A stretch of DNA of 50,053 nt from a virus (lineage: Duplodnaviria; Caudoviricetes): positions 1 to 50,053 of the IMG/VR virus record IMGVR_UViG_3300030329_003563. One strand, written 5' to 3'. Made by a program: the position numbers and the translations under genes. Position 1 is the stretch's first letter. Each line of letters starts with the position of its first letter. Positions 16,760 through 25,422 of the stretch are shown here, piece by piece. The notes beneath the pieces were generated by a model that saw only the letters and a program-made list of their open reading frames with translations, made no database searches and was not told the origin of the DNA.

Positions 16760-19700
16760 TGCCAGCTACTATACAAAAAATATTAAAACCAACTAAATAC
16801 AGAGCAGTAGATACTTCTACGTCAGAACAGATAGTAGGAGAACAGTTACTTGAAGACCCTAGTTTTGCTGTAAATGTGGCCGAATCGACTGATGGTAACA
16901 CTACAACAGGTTCTCATTGGTCAGTTTCTGATGCAGACCTTGAAATAACTGGTGGGAAAGCTGTTTGGACAGCATATTCTGGAACGAAAAATAGAAAGTT
17001 GCGAGACGAAAGTACTGGCCCTTTCCTTCCTGTAACAGATAGATATAGAGTTACAATAGTAGTTTCAGATTATACCTCTGGTGAATTAAACTTTAATAGC
17101 GGCAGTTATAGTAGTGGGTGGGTTATAGATAGTGCAGGGACTTTTACATTTGATTTTTCTCCTGCTATAGGCTCAGGCAATTTTCATATAACAGCAAGTA
17201 ATAATGATGGTGATGGTTCTGAAGATGCTGTTTGTTCAGTATCAGAAGTATCTGTTTATAAACTAGAATCTTTCAGCAACAACAATCATGGACAGATATA
17301 TTCAGGTAGAGCATTAGAGTTTGATGGTATTGCCGATAGGCTAACTGGTCCAAGTAGTTTTGCCCATTCCAATGAAATAACAGCTGCATTTTGGATAACT
17401 CAAGATGATGTAGCAGCCGAATATAGAGGGATAATTGGTAGAGGTGTAACTTCTGCAGCTACGACTGGATGGTCAGTTTGGTGGTATAATGGTAAAATTA
17501 AAGCTTTTGTAGGCGATGGTGGCAGTTCAAATGATGCTGCTAATTCAGATAAACTAGAAAGCAATACTTGGTACAGAGTTGTATGTACTTGGGATTTTAA
17601 TAATAAAACATGCAAAATATATCTTAATGGAGTTCTAAGTGACACTAATATTTGGCCTTTAACTAATTATGAATCTAGTCATCAAATTGTTATAGGAGAT
17701 TTAAATGGTTCTCATCAGTGGGCAGGGAAAATGTCAGACTTACAATTATGGGATAGTTTATGGACACAATCTGATGTTACTTATGACTACCTTAATCCTG
17801 AATCTTTAGCATTAAATAATGGTGGTACTTCACTTACAGAGTCTAATCTAAAACTCTGGTATCCTATGCAAGATGGACATAGAGGTCAACAATCTTACGT
17901 ACTTGATGGAGCTAGTACAGGATTGGGTGATGAGCTTATAGTTAATGGTGATTTTTCTGATACTACTTCTACTGATTCATCTGTAAGTGCTTTAGCAGGA
18001 TGGGATAATGCTGGTACTCATAGTGGTGCTGGTCAAAGAGTTACAATTTCCAATGGACAGGCTACTATGGTGAATGGCGAGGGGAATGATATAAGATTAC
18101 AACAAACTATATTAACTTCTGGTGTTACTTATAAATATTCAATAGATATTATTTCAAATGATGGTGCTGGGGGAACTGGCATGAGATTTGAAATGGGTTC
18201 TGGAACTGGAATAGCAACTTTTAGCACAGTAGGAACTCATACAGGGTATTTTACAGCAGATAATACTTCATTTAGAATTAGAAGAACAGGGGCATGTAAT
18301 GTAACATTTGATAATGTATCTATCAAACCTGTAAATGACAACCATCATGCAACTACTGTGTTTTTTGGTGATGAAAAAATAACTGAAGAAAATAATAGAC
18401 TATTTGAAGCTTCAACAGGAGTAGATTGGACTTCTTTTGATTCAGGTGGCACATCAAATACAACTGTATCAATAGATTCAAATGTGGCAAACAAGCTCCA
18501 AGTAACAACTTCAACTGAAGACGCAATTGAAGGATGTAGACTTGTACAAGGAAATTTTCAATCAGGAGGAGGTCAAATTGTTGTAGGAAGAACATATAGA
18601 GTTTCTGTAGACTTGCAACTAACTACTCCAGGTTCAGGAACAGGAGATTGGACAGCGTTTACAATAAAGCTTGGAGGTACTGCATCTTCTGAATTTGATA
18701 TAACATATTCAGAAGCTACATATACTAAAGATATAACTGTTACTGATAATACAGGCTCATTGCAAATTTATAATTCAAGTTCAACTCAAACAATATTTAC
18801 TGTTGATAATGTATCTATTAAAGAAGTAGGCACAGCTACAGGCTGGACAGATGCAGACCAACAACTAGATATACCTCAAACAGCATTACAATCTTATAAT
18901 CAGTTAGCTTGGTTTGACCAATATGATGATGAAGTAGTAATTGCTGATACTACTAATGATAATGATAATATTTTTGATGGAGGAGGCTCTATTTCAGCTT
19001 GGATATATCCTTATGATGTAGGAGAAAATGCTTATGGAAGGATAGTAGATAAATCCAATGGAACTGGTGGAAGCAATGGATACCATATTGCCTTAAGCAG
19101 TGAAAGCGGCTCAACTTCTAATATACAATTCGCAAGAGGACATACCACTACGTATGGAAAATGGTCATTTGATGCAAGATATATAACTTATGGAGAATGG
19201 CAACATTTAGTAGTTGTCTATGATGATGGCAATGTAAGTAATAATCCTACTATATATTTAAATGGTGAATCAATGACTCTAAGTGAAACTGGGACTCCTG
19301 TGGGGAGTGCAGAGTCAGATGCATCACATGCCTTGACTATAGGAAATTATTCTGCTGACGCAACTAGAACATTTGCAGGATGTATAACAGAAGTGTCTAT
19401 GTGGAATAAGGAATTATCTCAAACAGAGGTAAATGAATTATACAACGATGGTAAAGCTTTAGATGCGACTATTCATTCAGCCTCTCCTTCTACTGGGACT
19501 GATTACCTTAAGGGATATTGGAGAAATAATGGTCTAGCTACTTGGCAAGATTTAACATCTAATAATAATGATGGTACTGTTACTTGTTCTGAAACCCTAT
19601 TACTCCCAGCAGGAGTAGATGCTTCTAGAGATAATCAAGGTTTCTTAATGAATAGCCAGAAAGATACTAATAGTTTAAATTTGCCAGGCTCTGCAGGATA

Positions 19701-20196
19701 TGGATATGTAGAAATTCCAGAAAAAACATATGATGTTGATGGTACTGCACATACATTTTCTTTTTGGGTTAATTTCCATTCATCTTTAATGGCTGATAAT
19801 TCATCTGATGATACTGCAATATTTGGTGGTGACTTAAATGATGGATATAGGTCTATATATTTCAATTCAGCGTTAACTGTATTAAAAATAGAAGGCGATA
19901 CTAATGGCAATTCTGCTCATGTAGATTTTTCAGCTTTATCTTATGATAAATGGTATAATTTTGCAGTGGTATGCGATGGCAGTGGTAATGTCCAAATGTA
20001 TAAAGATGGAGAAACTTTAGGGACTATGGATGATGGTACTATAGGTGTAGATTTAACAATAAAATATATAGGCAAACAAAAAGCTACAAGAGAAATGGAT
20101 GGAATGATAGATGATGTATTAATTTATGAAGGGAAAGCATTGTCAGCACCAGAAGTATTAAGGAATTATAACGCAGGTAAAAGGAGTCACAGATAA
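16759..20196 (+). CDS. Multi-LamG/CBM-like virion protein
   Basis: Three LamG repeats plus three GxEL..N..F...VSIKEV-type modules; ATG 16759 coupled by TAATG. Confidence 0.8.
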   Translation: MPATIQKILKPTKYRAVDTSTSEQIVGEQLLEDPSFAVNVAESTDGNTTTGSHWSVSDADLEITGGKAVWTAYSGTKNRKLRDESTGPFLPVTDRYRVTIVVSDYTSGELNFNSGSYSSGWVIDSAGTFTFDFSPAIGSGNFHITASNNDGDGSEDAVCSVSEVSVYKLESFSNNNHGQIYSGRALEFDGIADRLTGPSSFAHSNEITAAFWITQDDVAAEYRGIIGRGVTSAATTGWSVWWYNGKIKAFVGDGGSSNDAANSDKLESNTWYRVVCTWDFNNKTCKIYLNGVLSDTNIWPLTNYESSHQIVIGDLNGSHQWAGKMSDLQLWDSLWTQSDVTYDYLNPESLALNNGGTSLTESNLKLWYPMQDGHRGQQSYVLDGASTGLGDELIVNGDFSDTTSTDSSVSALAGWDNAGTHSGAGQRVTISNGQATMVNGEGNDIRLQQTILTSGVTYKYSIDIISNDGAGGTGMRFEMGSGTGIATFSTVGTHTGYFTADNTSFRIRRTGACNVTFDNVSIKPVNDNHHATTVFFGDEKITEENNRLFEASTGVDWTSFDSGGTSNTTVSIDSNVANKLQVTTSTEDAIEGCRLVQGNFQSGGGQIVVGRTYRVSVDLQLTTPGSGTGDWTAFTIKLGGTASSEFDITYSEATYTKDITVTDNTGSLQIYNSSSTQTIFTVDNVSIKEVGTATGWTDADQQLDIPQTALQSYNQLAWFDQYDDEVVIADTTNDNDNIFDGGGSISAWIYPYDVGENAYGRIVDKSNGTGGSNGYHIALSSESGSTSNIQFARGHTTTYGKWSFDARYITYGEWQHLVVVYDDGNVSNNPTIYLNGESMTLSETGTPVGSAESDASHALTIGNYSADATRTFAGCITEVSMWNKELSQTEVNELYNDGKALDATIHSASPSTGTDYLKGYWRNNGLATWQDLTSNNNDGTVTCSETLLLPAGVDASRDNQGFLMNSQKDTNSLNLPGSAGYGYVEIPEKTYDVDGTAHTFSFWVNFHSSLMADNSSDDTAIFGGDLNDGYRSIYFNSALTVLKIEGDTNGNSAHVDFSALSYDKWYNFAVVCDGSGNVQMYKDGETLGTMDDGTIGVDLTIKYIGKQKATREMDGMIDDVLIYEGKALSAPEVLRNYNAGKRSHR

Positions 20197-20549
20197 TGGC
20201 ACATTATGAAATGTATTTTTGTATACCTAGCAGTGCATACGATAGTGCTGTTGGGACTAAAATTAAAGCACTATATCCAATAGTGGAATCAGTAGATGAG
20301 GATACTGGGGAAGTAACATATAAATCAGCACCAACATGGCATGATGTAATATTTGCAGGTAAGGTAGGTGCTCCAAGATATTCACACGATAAAGCCTTTT
20401 GTATTGTTAAGGGTGAATGGTCTATGAAAGAAGGAGTACTATCAGAGCTTGTTGCACTTGGTGCTAGTAAAGCATATCCAAACTTTAGTATATTAACACG
20501 GTCTGAAGCACAAGCTTTAGCAAATAGTTCAACTTTTACAGGAGAGTAA
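20196..20549 (+). CDS. Hypothetical protein (LamG-fibre associated)
   Basis: ORF track; coupled to upstream gene. Confidence 0.7.
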   Translation: MAHYEMYFCIPSSAYDSAVGTKIKALYPIVESVDEDTGEVTYKSAPTWHDVIFAGKVGAPRYSHDKAFCIVKGEWSMKEGVLSELVALGASKAYPNFSILTRSEAQALANSSTFTGE

Positions 20550-20550
20550 G

Positions 20551-20739
20551 ATGGCAAGAATTAGATGGGAAAGAAATGAAGAAGGCAAATTAGTGCCTGT
20601 AGACCCTAAGAAATTTAGCTTTAAGGATGGTGCTATTAATAATCATATTAATATGCGTACAACGTGGAGTGGGCAGACTAAAGTAGAGTTCAGTCAGACT
20701 ACTATAGACCAAGATATAGCAGATAGGAATAGACGATAA
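20551..20739 (+). CDS. Hypothetical protein
   Basis: ORF track; GGAG RBS. Confidence 0.65.
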   Translation: MARIRWERNEEGKLVPVDPKKFSFKDGAINNHINMRTTWSGQTKVEFSQTTIDQDIADRNRR

Positions 20740-21431
20740 TGGCATTAGCTACATTTTCAGCAAGAATAAATGATTTAGTAGGTGACTTTACTGATACAAA
20801 TGCTATGGATACATTTTTATTAGATGGATTGAAAGAGGTATTAAGTATACTCCCTCCGCCTAAATTGGCAGAGTGTAGCAATAGTGTAACTGTGAATAAT
20901 GATTCTGGGTTTGATTTAGACACAACAACTTATAGTAATATTATATCTGTAACAAGAAAGAATCAACAAGGATACGAGCAAATTTGTAGGCCTATTGCGA
21001 AGTCTCTATCTTCAAGAGTTTCAGACCCTAGTGATTTAATGTTTGCATCAGCGTCAGACCCTGTATATTATATTGATAATGCAGTATGCAAGGTATTGCC
21101 TGTTCCAACTACATCTCAGCCAGCTCAAGTAGTATATACTCCATTGCCTACATATGTTGATTCGAGTGACACAGATATTGATAATTTCCCAAATGAATAT
21201 GAATATATTGTTGTATTGTATGCGGCGATTAAATGCGCACAGTCATTACTTGCAATAGAAGAAGATGATGAACTATATGTACCTATTATTACGACGTTAA
21301 AGCAAGATTATGTGCAAGGATTAAATCTCCTAGGGGCAAAAGCTCAACCTCCTAAAGGGACTGGTCAAAAGACTGAAAATCCATTAGCGGCGATACAAGA
21401 AGCTATGCAACAGCAACAAGGCGGTCAATAA
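20739..21431 (+). CDS. Putative head-tail adaptor
   Basis: PVYYI...VLPVP...VVY...FPNEYEYIVVLYAA pattern typical of podoviral adaptors. Confidence 0.6.
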   Translation: MALATFSARINDLVGDFTDTNAMDTFLLDGLKEVLSILPPPKLAECSNSVTVNNDSGFDLDTTTYSNIISVTRKNQQGYEQICRPIAKSLSSRVSDPSDLMFASASDPVYYIDNAVCKVLPVPTTSQPAQVVYTPLPTYVDSSDTDIDNFPNEYEYIVVLYAAIKCAQSLLAIEEDDELYVPIITTLKQDYVQGLNLLGAKAQPPKGTGQKTENPLAAIQEAMQQQQGGQ

Positions 21432-21736
21432 TGAAAGTAAAAGATTTAATACAACAAGTAGAATATTTAATGGGCAGGCAACCAGAAAAATATATGATGC
21501 AGTTAATTAATGACGCATTGATGGATATGTCTGGCAAAATACAACATCATACATCTCAGAAGAAGCAAAATTTAAACCAAAAACAAAGATGGTATGCTTT
21601 AGAGGACAATGTAATTGATGTTACAAGAGTAGAAATTTTAGATACAGATGATAGATATGTGATGATACCTAAGTTGGCTGACCCACATAAAATATTAAAA
21701 GACGATTCAGATGACTCATCTGATTCATTAACATAG
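21431..21736 (+). CDS. Adaptor-like protein, N-terminal half
   Basis: MKVKDLIQQV...LINDAL...QRWYAL...VTRVEI. Confidence 0.55.
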   Translation: MKVKDLIQQVEYLMGRQPEKYMMQLINDALMDMSGKIQHHTSQKKQNLNQKQRWYALEDNVIDVTRVEILDTDDRYVMIPKLADPHKILKDDSDDSSDSLT

Positions 21737-21745
21737 GAGTAAAAA

Positions 21746-22213
21746 ATGGCAAGTACAATAACGGCCGCAGCAATGACAGTGACAGTATCTGAGTCTATTA
21801 CATTGAATGGGGTCAATCAAGGTGGAACACAAACATTATCTATTCCTGCTATAGCAACATTCTCAAAACGAATTATAGATGTACCTGCATCTGAAGTAGA
21901 AATTATTGCAATGTCTACAGCTGTAGCTGCAGGAACATTTATAGAAAGTGATGTAATGTATATTCGCATTACTAACTTAGATGATGAGAATCATGTAACT
22001 TTAACTTTTAAATCTGATGGGAATCATGAATTTGCTGTTAAGCTTGATAAAGGGCAATCTTTCCTTTATAATGGTGATTTAGATGGAGGGGTTGTAGCTA
22101 CGATGGATGCATCAGCATCTGCATTAAGTTTATCATTAGCAGATTTAGTTAATGTTACAGCGATAGCTGATTCATCACCTTGTGATTTAGAAGTAGTCGT
22201 GGCTTGTAAATAA
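21746..22213 (+). CDS. Virion structural protein (paralog A)
   Basis: Closely similar to the next gene; YIRITNLDD. Confidence 0.7.
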   Translation: MASTITAAAMTVTVSESITLNGVNQGGTQTLSIPAIATFSKRIIDVPASEVEIIAMSTAVAAGTFIESDVMYIRITNLDDENHVTLTFKSDGNHEFAVKLDKGQSFLYNGDLDGGVVATMDASASALSLSLADLVNVTAIADSSPCDLEVVVACK

Positions 22214-22225
22214 TAAGGAGATAGA

Positions 22226-22957
22226 ATGGCAAGTACAATAACACCAGCAACATTAACAGTTACTCATTCAGAGTCTATTACCTTAAATGGAAAGAATCAA
22301 GGCGTAACAAACACAATGTCTATAGAAGATATCGCAACAGTGTCAAGAAGAATTATTGACGTTCCTGCTTCAGAAGTAGTTGTATTATCTATGAGTACAG
22401 CTGTTGCTTCAGGAACATTCGTAGAGGGCGATGTAAGATATATTAGAATAACAAATTTAGATGACTCTACGTTTGTATACTTAGTATTTAAAAATGAATA
22501 TAACAATGAATTTTGCATTAAGCTTGACTATGGCCAATCATTTATATATAATGGAGATAATGTTTCTGGAGTTATTGACACAATGTTAGCAAATCAAGTG
22601 GCTTTAGGTTTTACAGAAGCTACTGGTGATACTGGAGCTGATGACGATATTGAAAATATTACAGCTACAAATAAAATTATTCCAGGCTTAAGATTTGACC
22701 ATGATTCTGAATCTGTCCCAGCAGGTACAAGCGTAGGAGCAACTACAGGTGGAGATTCTTCTGATGGGTATAGAGCAACAGAACATACATTGGTTAGTAG
22801 AAACGCAACTACTGGAGCAACATCTGTTGTAAACCTTTCAGGGACTGATACGAATGGTACAAGTACTTATAGCGCAGGGTTCGGAGATTTAGTTGAAATA
22901 ACTGCAGAGGCTGATACGGGAACAGTAGATTTAGAAGTTTTTGTTGCAAGTAAATAG
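22226..22957 (+). CDS. Virion structural protein (paralog B, with insertion)
   Basis: Same N- and C-termini as paralog A plus ~88 extra residues. Confidence 0.7.
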   Translation: MASTITPATLTVTHSESITLNGKNQGVTNTMSIEDIATVSRRIIDVPASEVVVLSMSTAVASGTFVEGDVRYIRITNLDDSTFVYLVFKNEYNNEFCIKLDYGQSFIYNGDNVSGVIDTMLANQVALGFTEATGDTGADDDIENITATNKIIPGLRFDHDSESVPAGTSVGATTGGDSSDGYRATEHTLVSRNATTGATSVVNLSGTDTNGTSTYSAGFGDLVEITAEADTGTVDLEVFVASK

Positions 22958-22965
22958 GAGATTTA

Positions 22966-23373
22966 ATGGCTACAACTAAAAGAAATTTTCCAAATGATTA
23001 TTTTGCATGGTATAATGACGATGATAGATTAGCTATTGTTGCACGAGTATTATCGAATGATGTTAGTGACTCTACAGAAACAAGTAGAGAGAAATACGAT
23101 ACATACACAGATAGTAGTGTAACAAATGGCCTTAGAATCCATTATCATGCTAAATATGGACAAGTATCTCAAATTACAGATGATTTAAGGGCAGATTCTG
23201 GAGTAGATACTTCTTTGCATCCTGCATTAATAGATTATATTAAAGGAAGATTGTTGGAAGATATTGGGGATTTACAACGAGCAGCGTATTACATGGCAAA
23301 ATACGAGAAGACAATTAAGCAATATCCACACAGAAAAAGTGGTATTAGAAGCTTAGCTGTCCCTCACTTATAA
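22966..23373 (+). CDS. Adaptor-like protein, C-terminal half
   Basis: LRIHYHA...LHPALIDYIKGRL...AAYYMAKY. Confidence 0.55.
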   Translation: MATTKRNFPNDYFAWYNDDDRLAIVARVLSNDVSDSTETSREKYDTYTDSSVTNGLRIHYHAKYGQVSQITDDLRADSGVDTSLHPALIDYIKGRLLEDIGDLQRAAYYMAKYEKTIKQYPHRKSGIRSLAVPHL

Positions 23374-23384
23374 TAGGAGACAAT

Positions 23385-23561
23385 ATGTCAAATAAAGATA
23401 AACTATCTAGCTTATATAAGCAGCTAGAAGATGTGATGAGTAAAAGAGAGTCTTTACAGTCAGATATGAATGAAATGACTACCAAGGCTATTAAACTTCA
23501 AGGGGCTATAGAAGCCTTTGAGGAGTTAGAACAAGAATCAGAAACAAAGGAGGAGGAATAG
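23385..23561 (+). CDS. Small coiled-coil protein (58 aa)
   Basis: Manual translation MSNKDKLSS...LQGAIEAFEEL; GGAG RBS. Confidence 0.7.
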   Translation: MSNKDKLSSLYKQLEDVMSKRESLQSDMNEMTTKAIKLQGAIEAFEELEQESETKEEE

Positions 23562-23707
23562 TGCTAGATACACTAAAGACTTCATGTGCAGGCATAGGCG
23601 GCTTCGCTCTAACATTTATGGAATTTATTCCAGAGATGCTTAGAATCGGAATCGCTGCAGTTACACTGGCCTACATGATAATGAAGTTACGCAAAGAAAT
23701 GAAATAA
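23561..23707 (+). CDS. Holin-like small membrane protein (48 aa)
   Basis: Manual translation; two hydrophobic segments and basic tail; GGAGG RBS, GTG start. Confidence 0.55.
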   Translation: MLDTLKTSCAGIGGFALTFMEFIPEMLRIGIAAVTLAYMIMKLRKEMK

Positions 23708-23708
23708 G

Positions 23709-24488
23709 ATGGCTAGAAAGTCTAAGGGGGTGGTAAAGCGTGCTATTGTCACCCCCGATAAACACTTCCCTTTGGCTGATATGGCGGCGATTAGCTGTTT
23801 AAAACAGACAATTGAGATAGTAAAACCAGATATATATATAGATTTAGGAGATGTTGGGGAATGGCACGGGGCATCTCATTGGCAGTGGAAAAGAAAGAAA
23901 CGTCCTCCTTTGGAGTATCAATTACCTTTTATTGACCAAGATATAAAAGAAGTAAACTCAGGGATGGATTGGATAGATGAGTCGCTTGATAAAGTAAATT
24001 GCAAGCAGCGACACATGATAGAGGGTAATCATGATGACTGGATGAACAAGTTTGTAGATGAACATCCATTTTTAAAAGGATATAGGTTTAAAGAATGCGT
24101 AAAACTAAAAGAAAGAGGTTACAAGTATCATCCTGCGGGCAAGTACCTAAAGATTGGCAAGCTTCATTTTTACCATGGCCATCATTTCGCGGGAACTCAT
24201 CATACACGGAATCATCTAATGCGTTTAGGTGCGAATGTAATGTACGGACATCACCACGATTTACAGCAAGCGTCAGTGACGCACATGGATGGAGTGAAGT
24301 CAGCATGGAGTATTGGATGCCTAAAGGATATGAGCGAAGAGCAAAATGAGTGGCTGGGTGGCAGAAGAATTAATTGGTCTCATGCTTTTGCTATTGTTGA
24401 TTTCTTTGCGAAAGGTCACTTCACAGTGCATGTAATACAAATTATAGATGGAGAGACTTCTCTCTGGGGGGAGCTGATTAAAGGGTAA
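23709..24488 (+). CDS. Calcineurin-like metallophosphoesterase
   Basis: DxH (PDKH), GD, GNHD, HGH, GHHH motifs. Confidence 0.9.
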   Translation: MARKSKGVVKRAIVTPDKHFPLADMAAISCLKQTIEIVKPDIYIDLGDVGEWHGASHWQWKRKKRPPLEYQLPFIDQDIKEVNSGMDWIDESLDKVNCKQRHMIEGNHDDWMNKFVDEHPFLKGYRFKECVKLKERGYKYHPAGKYLKIGKLHFYHGHHFAGTHHTRNHLMRLGANVMYGHHHDLQQASVTHMDGVKSAWSIGCLKDMSEEQNEWLGGRRINWSHAFAIVDFFAKGHFTVHVIQIIDGETSLWGELIKG

Positions 24489-24524
24489 TGAGTTTTATGG
24501 TTTTAGTAAGTTTTATAATAATAT

Positions 24525-24734
24525 TTGGAATTTATGCGGCTAGTGTTATCCACTATGTCAGAGAAGAAGAAAAGAAGAATGGAAGAAAGAAGTAAAATAG
24601 AAGCTTTTAGAATTGAGACTCCGATGGGAGCCTTAGAAAGTGATAGCGGGAATCATATGGTTGACGTTATGTCTGTCTTAATAGCTGTTGCTATGATTAT
24701 GATACTTAAGAAAACATTATTTGGAGGCAAATAG
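24525..24734 (+). CDS. Small membrane protein (start uncertain)
   Basis: C-terminal hydrophobic helix. Confidence 0.5.
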   Translation: MEFMRLVLSTMSEKKKRRMEERSKIEAFRIETPMGALESDSGNHMVDVMSVLIAVAMIMILKKTLFGGK

Positions 24735-25027
24735 TGGATATATTTGCTATACTCGATTCTTATGGCATCCCTATCGCGGTAGCTGTGGCATTCGGATATT
24801 TCATCTGGAAGCAAAATTCATTCATTCAATACACATTAATGGAAGAATTAGAAGAATCCTTCAATCGCCTTGAATCTATCACCATAAAGCTCATAGACGC
24901 CCAGAAAACGTCCTTAATGGAACAAAAAGAGATTAAGGCTAGTTACCACGCTATCGTAGAAATATTGGCTAGTTTAAGCGGAAATGGGCTAAAAGAGAAA
25001 TTTGTTAAAAAAAGAAGAGATTATTAG
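24734..25027 (+). CDS. Holin-like membrane protein
   Basis: YGIPIAVAVAFGYFIWK TM followed by coiled coil; GGAGG RBS. Confidence 0.6.
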   Translation: MDIFAILDSYGIPIAVAVAFGYFIWKQNSFIQYTLMEELEESFNRLESITIKLIDAQKTSLMEQKEIKASYHAIVEILASLSGNGLKEKFVKKRRDY

Positions 25028-25035
25028 GAGGTGTT

Positions 25036-25152
25036 ATGCCAAAAGTAGGAGATAAATATTTTTCATATGATGCAAGAGGTAGACGGAAAGCCAAAGCCCA
25101 TGCAAAGAAAACTGGCAAAAAGATTGTTAAGAAGAAAAAGAAGAAGTATTAA
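25036..25152 (+). CDS. Small highly basic protein (38 aa)
   Basis: Manual translation MPKVGDKYFSYDARGRRKAKAHAKKTGKK...; GGAGGTG RBS. Confidence 0.7.
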   Translation: MPKVGDKYFSYDARGRRKAKAHAKKTGKKIVKKKKKKY

Positions 25153-25256
25153 TGGCTAACGGTAAGGGTGACAAGCATCGAGTTAGATGGTCAAAAGAAT
25201 TTGAAAAAAGATTTAACTTAATATTCAACAAAACAAGGAGAAAGAAAAATGGTTGA
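25152..25256 (+). CDS. Small basic protein (34 aa)
   Basis: Manual translation MANGKGDKHRVRWSKEFEKRFNLIF...; TAATG coupling. Confidence 0.55.
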   Translation: MANGKGDKHRVRWSKEFEKRFNLIFNKTRRKKNG

Positions 25257-25422
25257 TATGATAATTGCTTATTTGAAGAGCAATAGAGAAGAAATTATTG
25301 ATGGAATTAATGAGAAAATAAATTTACCACTAATTTCAGAGGCGAAAGAAGAGAAGATTTTTGCTTCACTATTCGACGCTATGATGGAAGTCTTAGAAAA
25401 AGTACTTAGTAAAAAGAAATAG
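25249..25422 (+). CDS. Hypothetical protein (57 aa)
   Basis: Manual translation MVDMIIAYLKSNREEIIDGINEKINLPLISE...; AAGGAG RBS. Confidence 0.7.
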   Translation: MVDMIIAYLKSNREEIIDGINEKINLPLISEAKEEKIFASLFDAMMEVLEKVLSKKK

